Source of the DNA: Octopus sinensis
Taxonomy: Eukaryota
Assembly (NCBI RefSeq): GCF_006345805.1
Contig: NC_043001.1
Coordinates: 98,952,001-99,016,000, forward strand
Direction: 5' to 3'
DNA: 64,000 nt
Within the stretch, counting starts at the first letter, position 1; each line of letters starts with the position of its first letter. The notes beneath the pieces were generated by a model, which did no database searches, was not told where the DNA came from, and was given only the letters and a program-made list of their open reading frames with translations. This document shows positions 1 to 12,345 of this stretch, in pieces. Position numbers and translations under genes: made by a program.

Positions 1-280
1 TTTACACTGTATGGATGGTGGGAATATAAGTTGAGATCACCCAGTGAAGGTCGGTTTGCGGTATGTGGATGTCCTGAACTCATTCATGGTGCGTGGTATT
101 AATACGTCCAAGAATGCTAACTGGTTGTCTTTTTCCATTTCCATGGCTATATTGAGTTCACATGATCTAACAGCACTTGGACATTTTCCTGGTGGGGGCC
201 AGAGTATAAAAGGTGTCATCAACATATTGCAGCCACAGGGTTATTTTAGAGAGTTGGTACAAAAAATATGTAGTCAACTT
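1..280 (-). mobile_element. Penelope-like element (PLE) reverse transcriptase fragment, degenerate, runs off the window
   Basis: Minus-strand translation with frameshifts gives LQYVDDTFILWP...MEMEKDNQLAFLDVLIPR...TSTYRKPTFTG...LYSHHP, matching the PLE RT pattern YVDD / E.E....LPFLD / YRK.T / SHHP. Confidence 0.85.
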
Positions 281-281
281 G

Positions 282-436
282 AGGCTGAGAGAGATTAGGA
301 AGTTATATATTGAAGGGTCAATTTAAATAATTAGCTTACGAAAGTAAGTATTAGTAAATAATACTTTCATAAGCTAATTATTTAAATTGACCCTTCAATA
401 TATAACTTCCTAATCTCTCTCTCTCTCTCTCAGCCT
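282..436. repeat. Near-perfect inverted repeat (foldback): arms of about 60 bp, 15-nt loop
   Basis: 288-346 agagagattagg...cttacgaaagta is the reverse complement of 362-420 with one mismatch. The arms extend through aggctga(ga)n, with a different (GA)n length on each side. Confidence 0.92.
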
Positions 437-1497
437 TAGAATTCATTTTTGTTATATTTTGTCCCCTTCAAGACAGTTTAAAATTTACATGTTTAAATTA
501 ACAATTATTCTCTTTCACCTAATGTTAACTTGGAGGTAAACAATGTTATTATTCAAGGCAAACTAATTTGACCAGTGAATATTGGTTATTGATTTATGTT
601 GGTGATATGATACACACAGCCCCACATCAAAATAAATAGTAGATTCTCTTCAATAAAGTTAGTGTTACTAAAATGCATGTGTTGGGGGGGGGGGGCAGTA
701 GTTAGATTGTAATCATAGAGTATGGCAAATATCATCTATCCCAGAGATTTAACTAAACAAATTTGTTTCTAAATGCTACACCTAAATGTTGTTCTATGAT
801 TATCAGAGTTTGCAAACTTAGAATCATAGCAATCATGTTAATCAAATTAGTTCAATTAACAAATGTAAATGAATGTGGATTCAACTTTACAAGTAATTGT
901 TACTATTTTGAACTATACCATGTAATTATTTTCTAGTGTTACACAAGCCACTATTCTATATTAAATTTTTTTTTAAACTAAGAATACTGGAGAATTCAGA
1001 GAGCTTAGATTTGCTTGAAATGATTTGGAATTATCATTTTAGATCTTTAAGCCATGGACTACAAAAAATACCATTTTAATACCAAAGATGAAATTAAAAA
1101 GACTTCGTAAACCTTTCTTCTCAGTTTCACATAACTGATCATCAGACAGAAATGAACTTTTTGAACTATACAAAAACTATTGTACCATTCCAAGGGTTTC
1201 AATTCTCCCCGATGATTAGTTATTAAAACTTGGAGCAAGCAAACAGTTTTCAGTTTCAATAAAACATTCTCTCTCTTTCTTTCTCTCTCTCTCTCTCTCG
1301 CACACACAATCTCTCTCTCTCTCTCATGTGCATGCAATTTACAGCGGAAATTCATAAAAAATAAACCAAAATTGCAAGAAGTCTGTTGTATATTTACTAA
1401 ACCTTAGAATAATTATTAATTTGCAATTCAACTGCACAAAATATCCAGCTAAAATTGCTGAAACAATCCAACAGAAACTAATGAAATAAACACTAAC

Positions 1498-1627
1498 CTC
1501 ACATTCACTCTTTGTGTTAGGACATTTAGAACCCCGTACTCTTTCATTTACATGAACATGGTCAATATAAACAAAACCAGGTGGCGGTGGAAACCAGGCT
1601 GCTGTTTGTCCAAAGTTTACTTTGAAC
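1498..1627 (-). CDS. HNRNPUL1: hnRNP U-like coding exon 6 (end of SPRY domain and linker to the P-loop domain)
   Basis: tctag|G acceptor and GAG|gttagt donor; phases 2 and 0 fit the neighbours. (K)FKVNFGQTAAWFPPPPGFVYIDHVHVNERVRGSKCPNTKSECE aligns with human hnRNPUL1 VEFNFGQ...GFTFIQH...ERIRG...KSKAECE (recalled sequence). Confidence 0.93.
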
Positions 1628-1929
1628 CTAGAATGAGAGAGAAAAGAATGAAGGTTGATTTCATATTGTAATTAAACAGTAAAACAGTTATTCTGAAACT
1701 GAGACCCCTCCTCCCACCAAAAATAAAACAACAGAAGTTGGAAATAAGATATTTAAAATATAAAGGTAAACTTTTCATTTCTAGCCTCATGTTAATTATA
1801 ACTAAATTATTATTTAAAGCTATGTTTGAGCAGTACGATTTAAATTCTAAAACAAAGCATATTGTTAATTAGATGAGTAAAACAGTAAATAAATGAGATA
1901 TCTTATTAAAGTAGCTAAATGCAAGTGGG

Positions 1930-2290
1930 GATGAATAAGTTAGCTTAGTAAATAAATGATGCATGGTTTGATCCCAAAGTGTAACACCTTGAGTAAGTGT
2001 CTTTTAATGTAGCCTCACGTTGACCAACAACCTTTGAGTGGAAGTTGGTAAAGAGAGAAACCATGCAGAAATCTACAATGTGAGGTGCGGGGAAGGGGGA
2101 CACGTGAATGTTTAACAAGTGTAAAAGTGGAATTGTGAGAAAAGGTGCAACTTAGCAATTCAATAACATATAGACTGATTCAAATAAGTAGCAGACTGAA
2201 ATAAGTACTGGTGTGGATATGACCAACTAAAATATTTTAAGTTGGTATCCCGGTATAGCCACAGTCCAATGACTAAAACAAAGCAAAAGG
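1930..2290 (+). mobile_element. Degenerate tRNA-derived SINE, same family as 18329-18691
   Basis: Shares caccttgagtaagtgtctt, ccaacaacctttgagtgg and the tail ...atagccacagtccaatgactaaaacaaagcaaaag with the better-preserved copy. Confidence 0.65.
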
Positions 2291-2624
2291 GAATTTAAAA
2301 AATTTAGTTATGAATCCTAGAAGTTAAATCACTAAAACATTATCTATAAATTTATCGCTTCATGTTAAAAGGATATCAGACATGAACCCTAGGAACATTA
2401 TGCTGACAATATTTTCCAAAAGACACTTTATTTTGAAAAGATTTGTGCAGGTACTAATATAGCTCAGAGAATCTATCAATCCAAATTCAGATAGACATGT
2501 TATTCTAACAATAAAATCGTCATTTCTTTGATTCTTTGAATGTATAAATTGTGTTGTATAAATTTATCATAACAATGTACTTAGAGTGCATACTGCAAAA
2601 GAAATTAAATTAAAATGATCTTAC

Positions 2625-2874
2625 TTGCAATTCTTTGAGAGAATATGTGGAAAGAGAGCCATGTTCTCTTTCCCAATAGGATGTGAAGTGAGTGGACAAG
2701 CCACACCAAGCCAACGACCATTTTTAGAGTATGAAATAGTAGGTGGTCGTGATTCTAAATCTAAAAGACATCCAATTACATCTCCAGCACAAAACGTCTC
2801 ACCATAGTTAGAGAATTTGCAATTGACGGAGAACTTTCCAGTACCACCATAACCATAAGAGTTAGCTTCTTCTC
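2625..2874 (-). CDS. HNRNPUL1: hnRNP U-like coding exon 5 (SPRY core)
   Basis: tccag|GA acceptor and CAA|gtaaga donor. GEEANSYGYGGTGKFSVNCKFSNYGETFCAGDVIGCLLDLE...YSKNGRWLGVA...LFPHILSKNC matches hnRNPU/UL1 SPRY (GEEPFSYGYGGTGK...DVIGC...KNGKWMG...LYPHVLVKNC). Confidence 0.96.
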
Positions 2875-3021
2875 CTGGACAATGATAAGAAAAAAATTTC
2901 AATTAATGATTAACTTTCACAGAATATATTTTCTTGGACTAGTTTGAAACAATGCAATATTAGTATACAAAATTTCTCTAGTATAAAATAAAATGTTAGA
3001 TGAAGCTTGTTTTATCCATAC

Positions 3022-3142
3022 CTAATTGGTATGAGGACTTATTAATAGACCATCCAACTCTCACAACATGAGGGTGTTCTTCTCTGTGATCTTCACCAAA
3101 ATTTGCAGACAGATGCTCAATAACATGAACCTCATAAAATAC
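3022..3142 (-). CDS. HNRNPUL1: hnRNP U-like coding exon 4 (SPRY)
   Basis: ttttccag|G acceptor and TAG|gtatgg donor. VFYEVHVIEHLSANFGEDHREEHPHVVRVGWSINKSSYQL(G) matches human VCFEMKI...DPHVVRIGWSLDSCSTQLG. The exon is missing from the supplied ORF track. Confidence 0.94.
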
Positions 3143-6100
3143 CTGGAAAATAATAGCAAATATATTTTCAAATAAATCCTGTTATTTTTGCCTAAATGTT
3201 AAAAACAACAACCAAATACATAAAAAAAATTCCATTGTTTTGTAACTAAGCTATAACATAACACTTTAAAATCTAGACATGCCAGTCATCTAAGAACCTT
3301 AGATGTTAAGAATGTAGCAGACAGAATATTAACAACACTTTCAGGTGTTACTATTAGTTTCAAACAATCAATCAAAATACATAACCCAGTGGAGTTGTAG
3401 GTATACAGTAAAATACACAACCTCTTCTCATTATCTTTCCAAGTTATCACCCAACCTCACATTTTCCACCATCTTCCTCATTGTCCATTGCCTGATGTTG
3501 ATCAAATACTCCCTCTGTGATCTTCCTATACCTCTTTTACAAGGGGTTTGTATACACGAGACCATATTTGTGAGTGGTAGAGTGGCATGGTGATGTGTTA
3601 AATTGACAAATCACTTAATAAATTTTAGTATTAGAAATTTCACATTATTGTCCAGAGATATTCCTAACAGATGAAAGGGTGGAAAATAAATTGTTTATTA
3701 TAATATAGATGTGTATGTGGGCATGCAATAAAAGACCTAGTTTAAAATACATTTTCAAACTGGACCCATTCACTATAGGTATGAGGCATGCTTCTTATAC
3801 ATCTAGTGTCTACTGTAAAATAAAGTCAACTAACAAATTAGGATTACACCAAGACAAACCAATGGATTAAAGAATGAAACAGGATACTAGAAATGGCTTC
3901 TGCAGCAGAGATCCTCACAGAGTGAAATAGATGTACAATGTAAAATCTTACTTACATTGTAAAATATAGATGAAGAAAAAAATTTTTCCCCCTTTTTTAT
4001 CTTATATTTAAAAGTTGGCAAAGAATTGTTCCATGATAAAAGAAGTATTTACAAAGATATTCTACTGAATAATGTTAACATTTTTTAACATTGCTGAAAT
4101 GAATAAGTTAAAAATAATATTTCTGAAAAAAGGAAAAGGATAAATAAAAAAAAAATGTAACCAAAAGTAATATTTTTTCTTCTCTTTTTGCTTTCTTTCC
4201 CTTCTTTTTTATTAACCTTTTTTTCTGAAATTTATTATGTTAAATTGTTGAGAACACAGGAGAAATAAAAAAGAAAATTCTTTTTCTTTCTCACACACAG
4301 AATAATTCATTCATATCACATATTTTCTTCTGAATAATTTCATATTAATAAATACTTTGCATGGGTTTTCTTAAATTCTGAGAAATTAATTACAGGTGCA
4401 CCAACAACATTATCACCCGGACAACAGATTTGTATCAATGTCACTATGCACCAATCAACCAAATATTAGATGGGGGTGGAGACTCCAGAAATTGCATTTT
4501 AATATTTTGAGCCATGATAGCATTTTCACTGACCTCAAAATGTATGTGCATGAAAGTGCATAACCATAAATTTTGGCTTTAAAAAGCCCTCATTCAAAGT
4601 ACACATGCATACATTGCAAATGAGATTACACTTGCATATCCTTGTCACTTTGGCTATAAACACAAATAATATGATAGAAAGAAATTGAAAATAAAGTTTT
4701 AAATCACCCAAAACAGAAAAGCTGATTTTTTTCTCTCTTCTAAAGAGAAAAACTATTTTCAAAAGATGAAAATAATTTTAACCTGTAATTCACAGGCGCT
4801 GAAAGAAGAGAACTATTGTAGAAAGAAATTTAAAATAGAATTATGCAATCCATTGTGTTTTCTGAATGTAATAGCAGCATCTTCAGCTTTTAGTTTTTCG
4901 TTGATTTGATGGATGTAAGAAATTCTCTGATGACAAAGAAAAAAGGAAGTTTGCTTGAAAAAGTAATTCAGATTTCAGTAATGTACTAGCTGTGTGACCA
5001 ACTCCTGTTGATAGCACATAACTAAAAACAAGTATGGACCTGCTTTACATATTTAAAATTCCTCATTTTCTTATGGTTTTTATCACACTATATAGCTTGG
5101 AACAGTTTTCTGATTTGCCAGCTCCTGTGAAACTGTCCTACCATTACCAGCATGGAAAACAGATGTTATTTTTTTTTCTTCCCCTTTTGAAAATTTAGAT
5201 ACTTGCTTATTATTTACAGTTGGGTACTTTCCTAACACCAACTAATTAGCACTAGTTAAGCAGACAATGAGACTAGTATAGTCCAGAGATACAATGAGTA
5301 TATAGGAATGAAATGTGAATATATGGTTAGTTCCTTAACCTCAATCATATTGCTACATAACGATGCTGATATTCAATGAAAAATAGGAATAAAATTATTC
5401 AATTCCAATTATTCTGATGTCAGAGGTAATAAATTTCTTATGACTTACTTTTATTTCTCTTTCTTTTATTTAATGCATGTTTATTGAAAAAAAAAAAGAA
5501 AAGCTTCGTAAAAAACATATAGAAAAAGTAAAGAGTGATATGAATGAGTAACAAGAAATTCTCCTGATTACGGAAATAATTCTGGACACTGTACATGCCA
5601 ACAAAAGTATGGCTGTGTGAAGTGTCTTTACCTGGAGACAGATTTCTAATGCGTTGTTAAAAAAAAAAAAAGGTGGACCTCAGGTTAATGTGGGAAACAT
5701 TTTTGTGTAGAAATGGGCATTGCATATTTGATGATTGCTACCTAAAGCATACTGGAAACCTCAATGAAATGGGAAAATTAACTTGATCTGTCATGCTGAT
5801 TTTGAAAATCACTATTTAATAATAGTAACAACCAGTTAACTTATTTATATCCCGACACCTTTTTTGCCTACATAAAAGAAGAGGAGTTTGCTACTTTAAA
5901 ATTATTAAGAAATTACAAATTTTTTTTATAAATCCAAGAACCATTTTTCATATTCCTATAAGATGTGTGGCATATCAGTAAATAATACAAATCTCAACCA
6001 ATAATGGTATATATATATATCACAGTGGTATTCATGAGTTTATAATTTTCATTACCAGACATCAAGCTGAAGCAGTAAAATTTTAATGGTGTATTTCATT

Positions 6101-9100
6101 AATTTAACAAGGAAGCTTCCTTTCATTGCTGAGATCTAGAACAAAAATATTTCAGATTGCAGTTTAGTCTTCGAAAGTCATTCATATAAATCTACTGTTC
6201 AGCTATGCATTTGCTTCATTTCAGGATGGATAAAATAATAACTGTTATTTATATCAATACAAAACACGCATAAGGCGTACCTTTATTTGATATTAATGTC
6301 TTTGATTTTGTATGATATATATATAAAATGTTTTACAATCAGGTCCAACTACTTCTATTTTATGTAGGTAATAATGAACTAAATCATTAGATACTAAAGC
6401 CAGGGCTGGAATATATTCAAGTCACACAAGATTTATGCCTTTACCTAAAATTATCACTCACTAATCAGGTCTTGCAAAAATTATTGGTTTTATTTTATCA
6501 CCTTTATAGAAATCTCAAAAATATAAATGAATAAAATAAAAAGATCTGTAAAGGGGGTCATTAAAGAAAATGGATTTAATTAATAAAAAAAGATATGTTA
6601 TGGTTATCAAGAAGAAAAAAAAAAGAATAAATATGTAACCCAATTTTTCCTGTTTACCTTCAATGTTTTGAATAAAATTCTCCAATTGAATTTTATACTC
6701 CTGAATAGTAGGATTTATTTTAATGTATCTAATTTCCAAAGAATTTGCCATCAATAGCATTAAAAATAACATTTATCAATTAGGTAAGGAAAATAAACTG
6801 CAAGCCTCAATTATTGTAATTTTTCTGCAATTCTTAAGCAACTCTCAACAAAACATGAATAAATTCAACTCTATTTTAATCAAGGGCTTCACTGAAAATA
6901 AAATGCATCCAAGAAAATGGTTTTACAGAAATTTATGAGATTTCACCCTTGATTACTTAAAAGTCGCTATCAGTGATATTAATGTATCAAAAGTTATTAA
7001 TCTTATAAACAACTTTTCTCCATAATTTTGTTCAAATGTGTTTATTTATACTCATATATGTATGTATATTTACACACTAAAGTGTATTTTGCCTCAAACC
7101 AATTGCATTTGTTAATGGATGGAGAATAAAATGGTGACTGAAGAAAATATGCTGTTGCTATAGGAAAACAAACTGTTACATGGCAGGCAACATGATACTA
7201 ACTACTTGATGTAAATTTTGGGTGGAATTGAAGAACATAGATTAATTGTAGTAGCATGCACACAGAGATGGACCGATCAAATCACTACAACTTATTGTAA
7301 CACTACCATGACAATTCAAACTGATTGCAGACAACAGAAAAGACAAAACAATAAAAAGAGAAAGATACTAACATGCAAACAGTCAGGTTAACATTTTGTA
7401 ATAGCCAGAAGCGTTTCCAATACTCAATCTCGAAGCAAACATACACAAATATAGTTATGTCCATATGAAATATTGGTTTGTTTGTAGTATTTTTTCCTCT
7501 TCTTCCATTTGAAAGTAGGAAGTACCTAGGTATTTTCTTTGTAGCTTATACTAGCAGACCAAAAAATTTTCCAACTGAAACAAGCAGGAATAGTTATACA
7601 AAAATGACCTATATCTAAACTATATTGGTGAAATGATTTACTTCAATATGTTCATTAAAAAAAAGACTCTTAAGAACCTGAAATAAAACATCACCAAAAC
7701 ACAAAGACAAAATCTGACATATGGTAGGTTACTAATAAAACTGATAGAGCTAAACATCAGCTAAATCTTTGTTGTAACTGTTTAAAAGTTTAAAAAATAG
7801 CTATGTATTAATATTTCTGTTAACATTTTTCTCATATAAATAGGAACAAATATTTAACAGAAATCCTTTTTAGAAAGATGGATAAAAAAAAAATCAAATA
7901 TGCAAATTAACAGCAAAACTAACTGAAATATATAAACATAGCAAGATATATTTAGCATGCAGTATTGGTTAGGAAATAGCTGGTGTTTCAGTAACCACGC
8001 CTTCCCCCGATCAACTAATTTTTATATCAATTTGCAAAGATCAAACATTAACAAAAAAAAATTAAATAAAAACAAATGAATCACTTGACTTTAAAAATGA
8101 TTGTGTATATCAGTAAATAAAATATTTTCACTGTATACGTTATATTAATCATATTATAGTTAACTTCGTTATAACATGATTAAACTAAATGAAAGCAAAA
8201 TTCAGTAAACTGTGTACACCACTAACAAAATCAGTGCAAATTCTTGATATTATTTCCACCATCCTTTTTAACCTGAACTAAAGCAATTCCTTACATGGTC
8301 ATTTGTGTTGTTAGAAAATGCAACTAAATTTCTCTCAAACCATACCTTAAGAATTCTTTAAAAACAGGAAAATATAGCAATGTAATTCTTATGTATGGTC
8401 TGGCATAGAAGATGAGATGGTCAAGACTAAAATACCTTTAATCAGAAGTACTCAACTATGAACTGAGCACGAGTTAAACACTACCTAGTCTAAAAGGAGC
8501 AAGAAACTGTATTTTAGTTTGTTCTTTCTTCCATTTGTAACAAAGAAAACAGCATTTCAGAAGCAGTATCAAACTAGCAGACTCAGAGTTACACATTCAA
8601 ACCCAACTTGCGAATATCCACTATAATAAAAGTTTATGAATGAGATTTCCTCAACAACAGGAATTTCCACAACCATTGCAAAATATATATAACTGGAATA
8701 TGAGCCACCAACACCTACCTGTCTACCCAAGAAGCTGATCTGGGCTCAGAAGTGTAGTACAATTCTAAAAATTAAATTTAAGCTAAACAAAACTTTAAAT
8801 ATTATCATCTTCAAGGCACAGTTAAATAGAGAAATTTTGCATGTGGGTCTGTTTTTACATCCTTTGTTGTTACAAAAACCACACAACACAATAAAGAGCT
8901 GAAGAGAAAGCCCCTAAGTGGTTGCTTGAGCTGCTAGAAATTGCAGCAAAACATCCTTCAAACAAACAAAAAAAGAAAAAATAGACATATTGGATAACAT
9001 AATAGATGTAATATATCTGAAAACAAGATGGGATAGTTATGATTGAAGGACATTTGATCACAGACCATGGTTGGCATAGAAAGAAACAACATGAAAAGTT

Positions 9101-9254
9101 AGAGGGGTATCAATTGAATTACACAATTAATGATAGGACATAATTGCTATATTGAGTATATTAAACTGTTTCATAATAAATTAACAAAATACCACTAAAT
9201 ACACATCTTATAACTTGTTTGTGTGTGAATATATACTCACACACACACACACAC

Positions 9255-9503
9255 ACATGTGCATGTGTATTTGTGTGTACCCTTGCCTTCACATTATGTG
9301 ATGGTTGTAAATGAATACTACCATTACACAAATGTTTGCTTTCAGTTTTCCATGAAAAACGTCTGGCCATGATGAAATATTACCTTGCTTAGAAATGGGT
9401 GAGGTGGGTGAAAGAAAGGGCATCTGATTACAGAAAAACTACCTCAACAAATTCCATCTGACCCATGCATGCATAGAAAAGTGGACATTAAATGATGATG
9501 ACG
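9255..9503 (+). mobile_element. SINE 3' half ending in the RTE-type (GAT)n tail
   Basis: gaaagggcatctg...gacccatgcatgcatagaaaagtggacattaaatgatgatgac is homologous to the tail at 63630-63785. Confidence 0.7.
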
Positions 9504-11189
9504 CTGACCAACAGTTAGTCGGAGTATTTTATAGATTGCTTTTCAGTATTTGTTCTAGCTCCTTGTATATTGAGTTTAAATCCTGCTATGGTCAACTATG
9601 CCTTTCTTTTCAGGACCTATAAAGTACCAGTCCTGTACTGAAGTTGATTCATCCCAATCTTTCTACCTGGAAGAATGTGGCTATGAACAGACCCAGAAAG
9701 AGATGATCACCACTAAGTTTAAAATTGCAAGAAACATTGTCATGATAGTACTCTTACTCTATCAGAGGCTGAGGAACCAAAGCTAAGCAAGTTGTAAAAA
9801 TATATGTTGACAGGATCACTTAGCCACTCTTACTCATAGTAACATAAGCACAGAAGAGGAACTCCATAATCAGATGTACAGGGTCGCTAAAAATGGCTTC
9901 TGAGAAAGAATATTTGGTACCTTCCATTGGCTAGTTCAGGTTACATGAATAGCTTGAAAAAATAGCAACAACATAATTTTGTTTATTTTCATAAGGTAGA
10001 GGAGGAGACAGTCAGGTGATGCTACATGGTTCGCAGCAAGTAGGATTTGACAATGTAGTGACATCAAATAGTGATGGGATGAATTAAAGCTGTTCCACAT
10101 GGCAATGTAACTGGTCTGGTGGTGTCAGATGACTTATCAGTAAGCAACTGGGTTCTGGAAGGCCATGTTAATGGTATGCAGAAAATAAAAAAATTTCACT
10201 ATAGACAAGCAGAGATTGGTTACTCTGCAATTATTCCAGGTTTTCAACAACCAAGGGTTCAAAGTTAATTAATGATGGAGGCCCATTATAATTAACAAGA
10301 TGTATCTTTGATGATAACAAAACAACAGATCAGTTTTCCGGTTGACAGATACCGCAAGACGTTGCAATATATGATTTTTTTTTTTTTTTTAGAGGCAGAG
10401 TTCACAACAATGTCCTCTAAGTAATTACGGAAGGATGCAATGTTGGAGAAGCTGTTCCTTGATCCAGGGTCTCCAGATAAGACAGAAATTTCCATGTCCC
10501 TAAACCTGACAGAGTACATTTGTTGTGTAAATCTTCCCTTGGAATCAAACTTACATGGTCACAAAGCATCTTGTGATGCCATCAGATGCTGTGAGTAAAT
10601 CTGGAAATAATAGTCTTTGACATACAGCATCCCCGAGCAGTCAGTCTTTGTAGGTGCATGCATTTTTTCTGTTATAGTGTACAATATTATCTGAGCATGA
10701 GTAAGCTCACTTTAATATTACAGACATTATGAGTTTATGACAAATATGGATGTTTGAGAAATGCTGTTGAAATAGGGTCAGGAAGCTTCTAGCTATATTA
10801 GCAGATACATGGCACATGTATATCATAACTCATACACTGTTCACTTTACTGACGTTTGTACATAATTTTATGTACTATACATACACCCTTGATGAGTTGT
10901 AGGGTACCTGAACACTATACACAATAATTTCATTATTATACACACACACATAAACATTTACATACACACACTTGAGGGTAAAAAGGCTGCACAGGCTGGT
11001 ATTCATTTTCAGTTGAGTAAACAGGAACATGAAATAAATTGTCTTGCTCAAGAAAAAAATGAACCAACCAAAAACAGACTCAAACCAATGACCTTATGAT
11101 GATGAGCTCAATATGCTAATCACCAGGCTATGCACCATGTGTGTGTGTGCATGGTAGCAAAACATAAGCTTTGAATGCAGAGGATGTAT

Positions 11190-11480
11190 GATGATTAGAA
11201 TGAAATATGAAGTGGACATGCCCCATTGTATATGTACTATTAGTGTACACGAACAAGAGAAAATCAGAACATAAGAGGAAATTGATGTAAAAGAGAAAAG
11301 ACAGCAATGGTAGGAGCATGTTATATATATGAATGAGAACAACTGCATAAAAAAGTGCCACATGTTCAAAGGAAAAGAACTTCAGAAGAAAGAGACAAAG
11401 GAAGACATGGGACAATGTGGGAAAGACTGATTAAAGTTGCTGCTTCTCAATAAGATAAAGGATTGCAATGTCTAGTAACT
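11190..11480 (+). mobile_element. Highly degenerate RTE LINE ORF2 C-terminal fragment
   Basis: Plus-strand pieces ISVHEQ and HVIYMNENNCIKKCH, plus ggaagacatgggac (KTWD-like), match the fragment at 42406-42756 and the C-terminus of the 62.9-63.1 kb copy. Confidence 0.55.
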
Positions 11481-11539
11481 CAATGTAGGAAATAACTTGA
11501 TTACTTGTACAAGTTTGTTTTGCACATATAGGTACAGTA

Positions 11540-11790
11540 AGAGAGACTAGTTAAGAAGCTTGCTTCAGAATCACACAGTCCTGGGTACAATCTCATTGCA
11601 TATCTTAGACAAGAACAATTTTATATAGCCATTGGGCAAACTGAAATTGTGTTGACACCAGTGAATGGATTGTACCTATATTAAAAGGGCCTGCTTTGCT
11701 ATATTGTGTCATGTTGATTCCCTCCAAGAACTACACATTATTTCAATGAGCTTGGAAGCTCAGAAAGAAATTGACAGATGCATTAAGGCA
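11540..11790 (+). mobile_element. Degenerate tRNA-derived SINE
   Basis: Head gttaagaagcttgcttcagaatcacacagtcctgggtacaatc resembles the SINE heads at 18329 and 44830. Confidence 0.45.
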
Positions 11791-12164
11791 TATACTGTTC
11801 TGTGTGTGTAGACAGATAGATAAATATAGATACATATACACACATTTATATATACATATTTACAAATACAAGTCAACAGTGACTTGAAGTTTGTTGGCCA
11901 ACAAACAACAAAATTTTGAATTTCCTGAGAACTTTTCCTTGTAAATCACCACTTAAATGTACTGAGTGATCCTTCCAGCTGCTTTTATGGATAACTATGC
12001 ATAAAAGGAAACATTATCTCTTTCCTGATCAGTACAAGCCTCACCACCAATACCATTCACACACACTGTTCACATTATAAAGTGGTTTGTTGAATGAGCA
12101 GTGGTAGTGCAGGGTTATGAGGTCTCTCTAGTTCAGCCTCATCAAGGACTATTAAACCTCTTCA

Positions 12165-12345
12165 GTGTAGGTGCCATGAGAAAGTGCACCCTGGAAAGTG
12201 GTTAGTATTAGGCAGGGCATCCAGCCATAGAAACCAAGCAAAATGACACATACCACTAGCAATAGCTCCTAATGGGAAGGGACTAAGACCGTGATGACCT
12301 GTCCAACCTATGCCAGCAGGGAGGCAGACATAAAAATGATGATGG
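12165..12345 (+). mobile_element. RTE-type 3' tail fragment
   Basis: ggttagtattaggcagggcatccagccatagaaac...ctgtccaacctatgccagcagggaggcagacataaaaatgatgatg. Confidence 0.7.

Noticed and set aside
437-1497. Next host exon (expected P-loop, MMVGLPxxGKT)
   Set aside because: Not found on the minus strand; it must lie left of the window.
10292-10519. ORF with GDPGS...YLEDIVV loosely like RT motifs QGDPLS/YADD
   Set aside because: Spacing is too short, it runs into a poly-A tract and no other RT motifs are nearby.
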